A stretch of DNA of 64,000 nt from Lama guanicoe (GCA_013239625.1 MU053559.1:310001-374000); one strand, 5' to 3'. Positions 12,256 through 25,061 are shown, counted from the first letter of the stretch. The notes: generated from the letters alone by a model not told the origin. A program made the numbers and translations.

Positions 12256-12738
12256 CAGAGTGTTCTGCTTGATGATCATTTTCTTCTTCTGCACATTTTC
12301 CTGCCCTGCAGCAGGTGGACCTTGACATATGGATCTGACATCCCTCCTACATCCATCTTCTTCAGGTTTTTAGCCTCCAGGATGTTTTTTATTGAAGTAA
12401 GTCAGAGATAAATTGGGAGTTCCAGATTTGCAGGTACTAACTACTACATATAAAATAGATAAACAACAAGGTCCTACTGTAGAGCACATGGAACTATATT
12501 CAATATTTTGTAGTAACCTATAATGGAAAAGATTATGAAAAGGAATATATGTATGTATATGTATGACTGAAACATTATGCTGTACACCAGAAATTGACAC
12601 ATTGTACAGTGACTATATTTCAATAAAAAATTAATAAACAAACAAAATTTTCTTTCAGATCACTAATTCTGTCTTCAGTGATGCCCAGTCTATGTATTCA
12701 GCCCTGTGTCTGCTGACTGCTCTTTTCATAGCAGCCTC

Positions 12739-12770
<32 letters not shown>

Positions 12771-13029
12771 GATTCTCCTTTTTTAGAGCAGCTTTAGGTT
12801 CACAGCAAAATTGAGAGGAAGATACAGAGACTTTCCAATATCCCTTGCCCCCGCACATGGCCTATTCTTATTTTATGAGTGTATTATCATCAACGTTTAA
12901 GAAGTTTTCATACCCCTTTGATTATTTTTGTTTCCTCTCATTTTTTTCCTGTTCCATTTGTTCCTAGTCCTTCTGTTTTGTGTCACTGGTTATTCTTAAC
13001 TCAATACTTTTCCCATACTTACTGAACCC

Positions 13030-14190
13030 CTACTGTATTCCAGGCATGGGGATGCAATGGTAAAGAAATCGAAGACTGTCCCTGTGAAACTCACCTTGTA
13101 GCTGGGGAGACAGTACATAGAGCAATAAAGGGGAGTGATTAAGTGCTATAGTGAAAAATAAAGCAGACTATATAGACAGAGAACTTTATGTAGAAACATC
13201 AAGGAAGTCATCTATGAAGGGGTGATTGCTGAACAGAGACCAGAATGAAACACGGGAACAAACCACATACATACAAAGTGAACAGCAGGTGCAAAGACCC
13301 TGAGGTTGCAAACGTGTTCGACTCGGATATAGAACAGAAAGGAGGCGAGTGCAGGTGCAGAGTGAGTGAGGGGACAGCAGTGGGGTGGGAGGTCAGAGAG
13401 GTAAGAAGGTCTAGGTCTCACAGGGCCTTGTGGGCCAGAGGCTTTATGCAGGACCGTGGACTTTATTTTTTATTCTGATGGGAGCCAGGGAGGAGTTCTG
13501 AGTATATAAGGGACATTACTTGAGTTAGGATAGGATCCCTCTGGCTGCAATGAGGAAAAGAGACGGTAAGGGGGGCAAGGAAGGAAGCAGGGAGACTAGT
13601 GAGGGACCTTCTGACACGGTCCAGATGGCTGCTGGCGGTGGAGGCGGTGAGAAGAGGTTGGGTTATGGATCTACTTTAAAGGTGGAGCCAACAGTATTTC
13701 CTCAGAGACTAGCTGTGGGGATGAGAAGAAGAAAGAAGTCAAGGATGCTTTTGTGGTTTTTGACCTGAGATGCTGGGTGAATGATGGGGGAGACTGAGAG
13801 AGGAGTAGAGTTTTTGTTTTTGTTTTTGTGGTGGAAGGGCAGGCCTTGGGGGCAGTCAATCAATAGTTCCATTTTGGGGGGAGTTAACATTGAGATGCCT
13901 ATTTTTTTGAGGTTTGATTTTTTGAGGGAGTTAATTAGGTCTGTCTCTCTGTCTGTCTATCTATCTACCTATCTGTCTGTCTATCATTTATTTAATGGAG
14001 CTACTGGGGATTGAACCCAGGACCTCGTGCATACTAAGCACGTGCTCTACCACTGACCTATACCCTCTCCCTGAGATGCCTATTAAACACCCAAGTGGAA
14101 ATGTTGAAGAGGCAGTCGGATTTTGAATCTGCAGAGGCCCGGGCTAGAGATGCGAATTTGGGACTAACAGTAAATAGATGCTATTTAAAG
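13030..14190 (-). mobile_element. L2 (LINE2) fragment with a nested SINE
   Basis: L2-type words such as tgagatgcctattaaacacccaagtggaaatgttga and ggatccctctggctgc. Confidence 0.65.
13904..14071 (-). mobile_element. vic-1-like SINE
   Basis: TSD tgagatgcctatt at 13891-13903 and 14072-14084. Confidence 0.85.
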
Positions 14191-14678
14191 GAATAAGAGT
14201 GACAGCTCTGGAGGAGCTCATACTGGCAGTTAAGTGCTCCCGCCTGAAGCAACACAGGCCGCTTCCACTCAGTCGTGGGGAAGTACAATCCCACCATGTT
14301 CCATGGTCCTGGAAGGGAGAAAGAAATGAAAATCTGATAATCGTAGTAAACAGCAGGAATGAGCACCACAGAGAGCCAGTGGACTTGCTTTGACTTCCAC
14401 AAAAGTCCATCTCCATTCCTTGTATGTAGGTGGTGGTTCACTGAGCTCTTTTTTTCCCCATATGGCTTGATTCCATCTGCAATATCTCTCCTGGAGAATG
14501 CCTCAGAGTATCTGGTCCCTTGATGACTTTTCTTGAAAAGCACCACTGACGATTTTCTTCTCAGCGTATTTTTTGGGGTTGCTTTAGGGGGATTTGGGGA
14601 AGGAAGGGAGGCAGATGTGTGTGTTCATTAAACCATTTTGCTACACTCTCCCAGAAGGCTTCAAAATACAGCAAATCA

Positions 14679-14808
14679 TGGTGGTGGGGGGGTCGTATAG
14701 CTCAGTGGTAGAGCAGGTGCTTAGCATGCACGAGGTCCTGGGTTCAATCCCCAGTACCTCCATTTAAAGATAAGTAAATAAATCTAGAAATATACAAGAT
14801 TGATTTTA
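14679..14808 (+). mobile_element. vic-1-like SINE
   Basis: tRNA-Ala-like head; aaaatacagcaaatca repeated on both sides. Confidence 0.85.
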
Positions 14809-15089
14809 AAAAATACAGCAAATCAGAACAAGTCGCTGCTGTGCTTCGGGCTCACTGGCCGTACTTCACTTCTAAGGATGCCCCATGCTGCTTCTTACCT
14901 TAGATCCTTTGCTTGTGCAGCTTCCTCTGCCTGAAATGCTTTTCCCTTATACCCAACTCCCTGGGTAACTCTTCCTGGACCTTTAGTTCTCAGCATAGAT
15001 ACCCTTTCTCAGGGGGGATTTTCCCAAGCCCCCTCCTACCATGGGATACTTGACAACTCTGTTTGTCAAGGCTTCATTTGATTGAATAC

Positions 15090-17600
15090 CGCCAGATGAC
15101 TATCCAGAATGGTGGCTCAAGCCCAGACTCTCACCAACAGTACCTGGAGGTTCATATATCCTCACATGCCTGCCAACACTATCTGTGATTCAACTTTTTA
15201 ATTTTTGCTAATATGAAGGATGTAAGGGAATATTGCCCTTTTTAAAACATTTGCACTTCTTTAATCATTAGTAAAATTGAGCATGTTTTCATATGTCAGA
15301 TAACCTCATGGGTTTCCTTCTCCTTGTGTGATTTGTCTGTTCCTATCCTTTGTCCATTTTTCTTTGGGGTGCCTATCTTTTTCTTGCCAATTTCTCAAAG
15401 TCACTTTTATATTCTGGATATTTAACCTCTTGTGAGTTCAGAGGTAGCAAATATATGTTCGCTGTTATATCTGTTAACTTTGTGTGTAGGGTCTTTCATT
15501 AAACAGAAATTGTAAACTTTTGTAGGAGGGGAGGTAATTAGGTTTATTTATTTATTTAACGGGGGTAGTGGGGGTTTAACCCAGGACCCCATGCCTGCTA
15601 AGCACGTGCTCTACCACTGAGCTATACCCTCCCTCCTTGTAAATGTTGATTATATATTTCAGTTAGCATTCTTCCTTGTGATTTGTGCTTTTGAAGTTTT
15701 GTTCAAGGAGCCCCTCCCCATCACTAGGTCACACTGTATTTTTTTTCTGTTAATTTATGGTGTTTCCTTTTACATGACAATCTAACCATCTGGAGTTATT
15801 GTTTGTATATGGTGTGAGGTAGGGCTCTTACTTATTTTCCTCCAGTTTTCCAAACACCTTTCTGGCCTTAGAACACATTCTAATACCTGGTAAGTAAAAT
15901 CCACCTTCTTTATTTCTTTTTCAGAATTGATTTAGCTATTCACAGACCTTTATTCTTTTATAAAGATATTTATTTATTTATTGAGACATATAATCTACAT
16001 ACCATAAAGTTCATCATTTTAAAGTGTACAATTCAATGGTTTTTAGTATATTCACTAAGTTGGGCAGCCATCACCACTGTCTAACACCAGAATATTTTCA
16101 TCACCTCAGAAAGAAACTCTGTACCTATTTGCAATCACCCCCCATTCCATTCCCTTCTCCCCTCAGGCCCTGGCAACCACTAATCAACTTTCTATCTCTA
16201 TGGATTTACCTATTCTGAGCACTTCACATAAATGGAATTATGCAATATGTGGCTTTTTGTGTCTTGCTTTTTTTCTTTTTTTAATTGAAGTATAGTTGGT
16301 TTACAATGTTGTGTTAGCTTCTGGTGTACAGCATAGTGATTCAGTTGTATGTGTGTGTATATATACATATATATATATATTCTTTTTCAGATTATTTTCC
16401 ATTATAAGTTATTATAAGAAATTGAATATAGTTCCCTGTGCTAGACAGTAGGTCCTTGTTTATCAATTTCATGTATAGTAGTGTGTACATGTTAATCCCA
16501 AACTCCTAATTTATCCCTCTCTTGCCCCCCTTTCTCCTTTGGTAACCAGAGTTTGTTTTCTATATCTGTGAGTCTATTTCTAGTTTGTAAATAAGTTCAT
16601 TTGTATCTTTTTTTTTAGATCCCACATGTAAATGATCTCATATGATATTTGTCTTTTCTTTTTAAATATACTACAGCTTCTAATTTTTTTAATGGTCATT
16701 TTATAATGTTGTGTCAAATTCCAGTGTAGAGCACAATTTTTCAGTTATACATGAACATACATATATTCATTGTCACATTTTTTTTCTCTGTGAGCTACCA
16801 CAAGATCTTATATATATTTCCCTGTGCTATACAGTATAATCTTGTTTATTTATTCTACATTTTAAAATCTCAGTCTGTCCCTTCCCACCCCTCTGCCCCC
16901 TTGACAACCACAAGTTTGTATTCTATGTCTATGAGTCTGTTTCTGTTTTGTATTTATGTTTTTTTTAGATTCCACGTATGAGTGATTTCATTTGGTATTT
17001 TTCTTTCTCTTTCTTGCTTACTTCACTTAGAATGACATTCTCCACGAACATCCATGTTGCTGCAAATGGCGTTGTGTTGTCGGTTTTTGTGGCTGAATGA
17101 TATCATATAATATTTGTCTTTGTTTGATTTACTTCACTTAGTGTGATCATCTCTAGGTCCACTGGCTCCTTTCACTTAGAATATTTTCAAGTTTTATTTA
17201 TGTTGCATCATGTATCAGTATTTAATTTGTTTTATGAATGAGTAATATTCTGTTGTATGAATATACCTCATTTTGTCTATTCATTCATCAGTTGATAGAC
17301 ATTTGAGTTGTTTCTATTTTGGGGCTGCTATGAAAAGTGCTACTTTTAACTTTCATGTATAAGTTTTGTGTGGACTCTTTATATACATTTAAAAATAAGT
17401 TTTGTTGACTTTTTTTAAATAGTCAGCTGAGATTTAAATTGAGATCGTATTGAAATTATATATTAATTTGGAGATCATTGAAACACTTATAACATGAAAT
17501 AGTCTCATCCAAGAGCATAAAACGTGTCTTCATTTATTCATTTATTCAGATCATCTTTTATAACTTTAAATGAAGTTTAATATTTTCTCTATAGAAGAAC
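15090..17600 (-). mobile_element. Cluster of nested L1 fragments
   Basis: Several L1 ORF2 and 3'UTR antisense signatures with poly-T ends. Confidence 0.7.
15520..15635 (-). mobile_element. vic-1-like SINE
   Basis: Antisense head with the ggtaattagg motif. Confidence 0.8.
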
Positions 17601-17609
17601 TTATTATCG

Positions 17610-18155
17610 CATTTATGCTAGTTTTCTATTGCTGTGTGACAAACTCCTCGGCTTAAAAGAACATACTTACAGCATTATATCACAGTTTCTGTGGGTCAGG
17701 AGTCAGGGTTCTTAACTGGGTTCTCTGCTTAGGATCTCACAAAGCCGAAATGAAAGTGTTGACTAAGGCTGTTGCTTGACTGGGGAAGGATCTGTTTCCA
17801 AGCTCACTCCGGCTGTCGGCAGAATCCAATTCCTTATGGTCGTAGAACTGAGGATTTCAATTTCTTGCTGGCTCTCAGCTGGAGGCCACCCACAGCTCCT
17901 AAAGACCACCTTCTGTTCCTTGCCACGTGAGGTTTCCCAAAGTGGCCACTTGCTTCATTAAAGCCAGCAGGGGAGTAGGAGTTGCCTCACAAGTTGACCA
18001 TTTCAACCTCATTTTTAACATAATTATGTATATGTAATTACATATATCTGATCACCTTTGGACATGCACACACTCAGAGGAAGGGGATTACACAAGGATG
18101 TGAACACCAAAAGGCAAAGATCATGGAAGCCATCTTAATTGTGTGTCCACTACAC
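17610..18155. mobile_element. MLT1-type MaLR LTR
   Basis: agttttctattgctg...cacagtttctgtgggtcaggagtcaggg...ggggattacacaaggatgtgaacacc resembles MLT1. Confidence 0.65.
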
Positions 18156-19249
18156 CATGCTTGAGTATATAATCTTCAGATCCTTAAGGGGATGTGTATG
18201 AGGATTTTCACTGTAAAGTTGTTGTTTGTAATACTGAAGAGATAGAGGCAGTTAGAATCAATAGATTAGATTCCCAGCAACATAAATCAATATTTCTTTT
18301 TTTCACTTTTAATTTATGCTATTTTACCATACTTTGCTTTAATTCCAAAATGAAAATATCTTTATTTTTTTTCATCTGAATAATAGTAATACATATTCAT
18401 TGAAACTTTGTTTTTCAGACAGCAGAGAAAAGTGTAAAGGAGAAAGTGATAAACCATTAGTTATCTTCCCTGGTCTCCAGAAATAATCACTGACATGCCC
18501 TTCCCAACATTTTCTTCCCCTATGGATACACAAATTTTACCAAAATTTTATTTCCTTCCATGTATCGTTTTAAGTGGCTTGAAATCCTTTTGGAACAATA
18601 TATGAGTAAAATCAATCTATCTATGTATTTATTGAAAAACAAGTAGATATAGGCAGCAAAATAAAGACAGAGACAGGAGGAGGGTTGTAGAGATGAAAGG
18701 AGAGAAAGAATCAGGCAGGGAGAGACAGATGGGAGTGGAAGACAGAGCTGTGGGTGCGTAAGTTCGAAAAAGAAACAGAGCTATGGAGAGAGGAAGATAC
18801 TGGCAGAGACAAGGAGAGGATAGAAATGAACTTTTATTGAGCTCCTACTGAATGTCATTCTTATTAAACCTTCAGAGCCACTCTGGGGGTCAGTTACTAT
18901 TAATCCCTTTATGCAGCTAAAGGGCTGCGCTTAAGAATGGTGAACTGACCTATGCACAGTCACACCACCTGGATTGAACCCATCATCCTGTAAAGGCCCT
19001 GGTCCATAGACCATCCGTAACTGTTTATCCAATAAACAAAGTCATACATCTCCTCCCCGAGGAAGGAGAGGTGGGGACCAGACCCGCATTCCACTCCACT
19101 GAGTCAATTTTTTTCTCCTGTCTGCTGTGGAGACAGCAAGGTCTGTTGCCCTGGCAACTGCCCTCCGACTGCCATGGCAACCGCCATCGAAGGCTCCAGC
19201 TCTCCACCTTGCCCCTTGGGCATCTCCATGGAGACGGGCTGGATGGAGG

Positions 19250-19900
19250 GTCTGCAGGAGTTCCAAGGCTGCGCCTGCGTAGAGTGGAGGGAGGGGGTGA
19301 GCAGGGTTCCCTGTCGTGCGCAGCCGCAGAGCATCTCAGCTCTGCCCTCTCGCCCAGGCGCTGCGCATTTGCCAGCCAGTCCGCCCGTCCGGAGCCCGGC
19401 TCGCTGGGGCAGCATGGCGGGGTCGCCGCTGCTCCGCGGGCCGCGGGCCGGGGGCGCCGGCCTTTTGGTGCTGCTGCTGTTAGGCTGGCTTGGGCCACCT
19501 CCCGCGCTCTGCGCTCGGCCGGTAAAGGTGCGACTCGGGTTAGGCGCTGGGTGGGGGTGGGGCGGAGGATGCTACCCGCAAAGGTCGGTGCCCGGCCACT
19601 GGCCGCTCATCCTCGCTGGCCTCAGCTCCTAGGACGTGTGGAGAGATTGGCCAGGGTGGCCCGAGGACCAGCCGCCAGTCCGTGTCCAGGCCATGCCAGG
19701 CTCTTGGGTGTGCGGGTGGCAGTGTCAGGGGCTCGACCGGCAGCCGCGCCCTGCCCATCCCTCGGCACCCAGCGCTGGGCCTGGCCTCGCCCCCCCCCCC
19801 CGCCCCGGTCTGTGGCGCTGTCCATGGGACTAGGGCGCATTAAGGCAGGGAGTGTGGCTATCGGTATGTGCGCACGTGATGGGATGACAGGGGCGTGAGG
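19250..19900. promoter_or_regulatory. PCSK1N: CpG island / promoter and exon 1 of PCSK1N
   Basis: CpG-dense, GC-rich segment around the ATG at 19414. Confidence 0.75.
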
Positions 19901-22900
19901 GTGTGCTGTGTGTCCCTGTGTGTGTCCTTTGATGTAAGCGCTTCCAAGCGTCCATAGAAAGATGCCATTGTGGGTCCGGGTGTGCAGTGTGTGATGCTGG
20001 GCGTGCTTCTGAGTGTGACTTTTCTCAGTGACATCGTGTGTTTGTGAATCCTATGGTGATGGCGTGACTTATGGGCGTGTCTTTCTGTGTGTATCTGTCT
20101 GTGTGATTTCGTTTTTGTCTAGGAGGGAGTGGTCTTTGCATCCCCGAGCACGCATCCCATTTTGGTTCTGTTGAACTGAGGGACTAGGATTTTGTATGTG
20201 TGTTCATGAGGCTGTTCCTCCCTGTTTCTTTGTGGAGCTGTGTCATTCTGGGGAGAGGAGCCATGATGTCTCTCTCTGCTGCATTATGTCTTTAAGGGTG
20301 GTGCGTGCTCTTGCGTCTGGATAGCTTGACGATTGTAACTGCATGAGCGGCCCTATGCGTGAACATGTGCAGGTCCTTGAGTGTGAATGTGGCAGTGTTG
20401 GGTTGCATATGTGATATCTTAAGGCCTGTCAGTCCATATGAATGTGTGTGAGGCTGTGATTCATGTGTGTGATTCCCTGGGGTTTGAGGGGTGGTTGGTG
20501 TCAAGGGCATTTGGAGCATATCCTCCTCTAATGAAGAGTTCAAGGCTGTTTGTGTCAAGGATGGGTTTTTTTAAAAAATTAAATAATATCCATATGACAT
20601 AATATATTTAAACATGTATGTACAACGTAAGGCATAATGATAAAATAATCAACCCGTATGTGTACCCATAACTCAGCTTAAAAAATTGAGCATGACCAAT
20701 AGTTAGACGACCCTGGGTGCCCCTCCCCATGGCAGCCCCTCTCCTCAGTCATTATCCTGTATTTTCTGTTCATTATCCCCCCCTTTTTTTTGCAGCTTAT
20801 CACATATGTATCTCTAAACAATATCTTCTCTAGTTTTTCCTCACAGAAATGGAATCATACTGGGCGTCTGGCTCCTAGTAGTCACTAGGGGTCACTAGGA
20901 AGTCATCGGGGTGTCTGGTAGTCGCAGACAGTCTGCAGTGGAATTCTGCGATTTTTTCTTTTTCTTTTTTCTTTTCCGCTCTACATTGGTTGTGAGTTTC
21001 ATCCACACTGAAGTATGTGGCTGTAATTCATTTCTTTTTATAGCTGCATAGTATTTTGTCTGATGAGTGTATCACCAGCATATGAGTATGTCATGGTTTA
21101 CAGATGCATTCTCAGTACATCAGTCCACATTTGGGTTGTTTCCAGGCTTTTTTTTTCTTTTTTCCCTCTCGCTTCACTTTTATGAATAGTGCTGCTGCAG
21201 TTTTTCATGAATTTGTGTCCAGTAGTATATGTGCAAAAGCTACTCTGGGGTGTAACACCCCAGGAGTGGGGCTTAGGATGTATGCATCTTCTTAGGCATT
21301 GCCAAATTGTTCTTCAAAGTTATTTTGGCACTTGAATTCCCAGCAGCAGTGTCTGAGAGCTTCTGTTTTGTTGTTTTTTTTCCTACATCTATGTCAGCAT
21401 TCAACATTATCAGACTTTTAAATTTTGGCAGTCTTTGGACGTATTTTGCATAGTGTATCTTACTGGCCTAGTGTATCTAACTTGCATTTTCTTGATTTCT
21501 AATGAGGTTCATTATTTTTCATGTTTAGTACCTGTTTTGGTTCTGTTTTTGTGAAATACTTGATCATCAATTTTGCACATTTTTGTATTAGTTTGGTTTT
21601 CCCTTACTGCTATTTAGGCATTCTGTATATATTGGACACTAATCTTTTTTGTTTGTTTTTTTGGGGGGAGGAGGTAGTTAGGTTTATTTATTTATTTATT
21701 ATGGAGGTGCTGGGGATGGAACCAGGACCTCGTGCATGCTAAGCATGCTCTTTACCACTGAGCTATATCCTCCCCCTGGACACTAATCTTTTATTGACTA
21801 TTTGTGTTATAGGTATCTTCTCTCACTCTGGTTTTACTTTTCATTCTTTTTACAGTGTCTTGGGATGAAAAGAAATTCTTAACTTGAATGTAGTCAAATT
21901 TAGTTCTCTTTTCCTTTCCATTATCTTCCAATTTGGATCACTTGTTCCTGCATGATTTATTGAAGGAGTTGGTCCTGTCCCCACTGCTCTGCAGTGTCTC
22001 CTCTGTCATAGCATATGTCAATATGTGTGGATCTGTTTCCAAGCTCTGTTTAATCCTATTAGTTCCTTCTGCTGTATTGAATCTGCCATTTAATTTGCCC
22101 ATTTAATTTTTAATTTCATTTAAAATATTTTTCTAGGTGTTCTAGAGGTTTCTTTTTCAAATCTTCATGATCGTTTTAATGGTCTTTCATCCCTTTCTCA
22201 TATTTTTGATACGCTCTTTTATTTCTTTGAACTTATTGAAATTGTTTCATAACTGCCTGAACTGAAAATTAGTCATTGGGCAATTTATTTTACAGATAGA
22301 CTTGCACACATACCAAATGATATATGAACAAGGTTGTTCACTCCAATATTATTTATAAGAATAGCAAAAGAAACATCTGTTGAAGACTGGTTAAGTAAAC
22401 TATTGGACATCCATATCAAAGGGATTCAGTGCAGAAGGAAGGGAGAGAGAGAGAGAAAGGATGCTCTTAAGGTACTGATGTAGGTATAGATTCTAAAAAG
22501 CAAGGTGCAGAACAGTCCACTACCTTTTGGATAAAACAAGTGGACAATAGGAAACTATAAAATGCAAGCACAGGTTCCCATTGTCCACAGCATTAATATA
22601 GAAGAAACTACAGCTGTCATATCTACCATCGCCACTCCTATAAGGAAACCTGGTCTTCAGCAGCCGCTGGGCAAGTTCTGAGTCACTAGGAAATAGTTGT
22701 GGGTGGGGAATCTAGGGGTCTTTGGTGGTCCTAAGTGTGTCTGGAGATACTTCGGGCTCTCCATTGGCCTTAGGGGTGTCTGAGGATATTTGAGGGATCA
22801 TATGCCTTTGGTAGCATCTGGGGATATTTGAGGTCCATGGAGCCACCCGGGTTGGGGGTCCCTGGCCTGACAGATGATGACGACTTTTCCTTCCCACCAC

Positions 22901-23933
22901 GTCGTCTTTCCGCAGGAACCGCGCAGCCTGGGCGCAGCCTCGCCGCCCTTGGCGGAGGCCGGTGCTCCCCGGCGTTTCCGGCGGGCAGCGCCCCGGGGAG
23001 AGGCGGCAGGGGCTGTGCAGGAGCTGGCGCGGGCGCTGGCGCACCTGCTGGAGGCCGAACGGCAGGAGCGGGCGCGGGCCGAGGCGCAGGAGGCCGAGGA
23101 TCAGCAGGCGCGCGTCCTGGCGCAGCTGCTGCGCGTCTGGAGCGCACCCCGCCCCAACGACCCTTCCCTGGGCCTGGAAGATGACCCCGACGCCCCCGCC
23201 GCGCAGCTCGCCCGCGCCCTGCTCCGTGCCCGCCTAGACCCCGCTGCCCTCGCAGCCCAGCTTGTTCCCGCCCCTGCCCCCGCCGCAGCGCTCAGACCCC
23301 GGCCCCCAGTCTGCGACGACGGCCCCACGGGCCTGGATGTGGAGGACGCCGGCGACGACGCGCCGGACGTGGACCCCGAGCTGCTGAGGTACCCCTGCAA
23401 GAGGGGGTCGGGGGCGGGCGCCAGCATCCTGGGAGGAGGGCGAGGAGCTGCCGGGGGGCTGCTTCAGGAGGTGGAGGTGCGAACCACTGGGTCCTGCGAC
23501 CCTAGGAGGGACTTTGGTTCTGGACCCAGAGTGTGGGGGCAGAGATGCCTGGCCGGGAGGACGAGTGGGAGGCGGGGAAACTAGTTTCAGGAATGGGAGG
23601 CGGGGACCTTCATCTCCTGAAAGCAGTGGGACGCCTGGGTGGGAAGGAGGCTGCCAGGTTCCCAGGCTGTAAGCGGTTGCGCGCCACTTAGGTCCTAGGG
23701 CCGGGGCGTTTTCACTGAATTCTGCTATGCTCCCCTGCAGGTATTTGTTGGGGCGGATCCTCGCGGGAAGCGCGGACTCCGAGGCTGTGGCTGCCCCGCG
23801 TCGCCTCCGCCGTGCCGCGGACCAGGATCTGGGTCCTGAGGTGCCCCCTGAGGGCGTGCTGGGGGCTCTGCTGCGTGTAAAGCGCCTGGAGACCCCCGCA
23901 CCCCAGGCGCCCGCGCGCCGCCTCTTGCCCTGA
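19414..23933 (+). CDS. PCSK1N: proSAAS (proprotein convertase subtilisin/kexin type 1 inhibitor), 3 coding exons, 259 aa
   Basis: Exons 19414-19527 (MAGSPLL...ARPVK, includes signal peptide), 22916-23388 (EPRSLGAAS...DPELLR) and 23741-23933 (YLLGRIL...LLRVKR-LETPAPQAPARRLLP*). All junctions are GT-AG and the 780 nt total is in frame. PEN/LEN peptides and the PC1/3-inhibitory LLRVKR hexapeptide are recognisable. Confidence 0.97.
20580..22560. mobile_element. Old L1 (L1ME-like) fragments in PCSK1N intron 1
   Basis: AT-rich decayed L1 words such as ccacatttgggttgtttccagg and cttgcattttcttgatttctaatgaggtt. Confidence 0.55.
21649..21776 (-). mobile_element. vic-1-like SINE
   Basis: TSD tggacactaatctttt on both sides. 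Confidence 0.85.
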
Positions 23934-24072
23934 GCACCACCTGGATCCTGCGCACCCTCCCGCCCAGGACCGCCCGACCCCTGACACCCCGACTGCTCCT
24001 CCCGCACGTCGAGAGCGGCTTATCCCGCCAGCCACTGTTGCTGCCCTCGAACCCCAAGATCCCCACCCCCAC

Positions 24073-24078
24073 AATAAA
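24073..24078 (+). terminator. PCSK1N: PCSK1N polyadenylation signal AATAAA
   Basis: AATAAA 140 nt after the stop codon, followed by a GT-rich downstream element (tgtttgtttgtgtg). Confidence 0.85.
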
Positions 24079-25061
24079 TATGATCTGAAGCAGCTACCTG
24101 TTTGTTTGTGTGAGTGGCGGTGTCGGGGCGGGGAGTGGGGTGGTGGTGGACTGGGTGGTGCTGGCTGCCCTTAGATGAGGGAAGAGAGTCTCTGCCCTTG
24201 ATCCCCCACTTTTGAGACAACTCCCCTCCCAGCCTGTGCCTCTCCTCACTGGGGAGGTATCCATATGTAGAATGGCAGTGCCCACACAGATTCTGTGCCC
24301 CGTTTCTAGGCCTCCTTTAGGAATGAAGAGCCCAAACGGCTTTGAGGCGACTTTCAGGGCTTGCTGCAGCATCTTCCGAGGGTCCATCCTCCTAAGGACC
24401 AACTAGGTGGGCAAGGGGAGGCTGTTAATGAGGCATGAGAGTAGCGCTTGGGCTTGGGCCCGCATGTCCATAGCCACATCCGAAGGCCCCCTGAGATGGG
24501 GAGGGGCTACTGACCGGAAGCGAAAAGGGAGCGGGCTGCAGGCTGCAGGCTGCTCTCCCAACCTGGTCACCTCCTGGCAAGGTAAGAGGATAAGATATAT
24601 TTTATGTTTGTCAGCTTGATGTATGTTTAAGTATTTAGCTATATAATACGGGGGCCACTCTATCAGTACTCTTACCCTAGCCCTGAAGATTATCAGTTGG
24701 TGTGGTGGTAAATGGCTTGTGGTCATGGCCTTTCCACTGGCAATTCCCTCTGCCCCCTTGTTATCTCCAAGTTTTTCCTCAAATGTCACCTATGTAGTCA
24801 GGCTTTCCTTGGCCTCTCTGTCACCGAATTACTTCACCTGCCTTTAACACAAAGTCTTTATATATATCTACAAGGGCAGCAATTTGTAGTGTCTTGCTTG
24901 ACTCTACATCTTTTGTACCTCAAACAGGGCCTTGCACACAGTGGGTTCCCCCACATTTCCTGAATGAAAGAATTCTCACAATTTAAGTAACATTCTCTCC
25001 AGTCTCATTCCCACCCACATAACACTAGGCATGGAGGCAGCTTTGAAACTTGAGAACACCA

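Larger units (their letters stand above)
10612..12384 (-). pseudogene. SYT5: 5'-truncated processed pseudogene of synaptotagmin-5 (C2B domain, 3'UTR, polyA), split by an insertion
   Basis: 12384-12256 reads [29 protein letters not shown], then a frameshift, then [13 protein letters not shown]. 11264-10995 reads ILNSYYTETFSFEVPCDHVQKVQVELTLL...QWHSLQPPDQVRSQPAP*, a SYT5-type C-terminus. AATAAA at 10646-10655 and poly(A) at 10612-10625. There are no introns at the expected GGxS/D and VQ/KVQ junctions. Confidence 0.88.
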
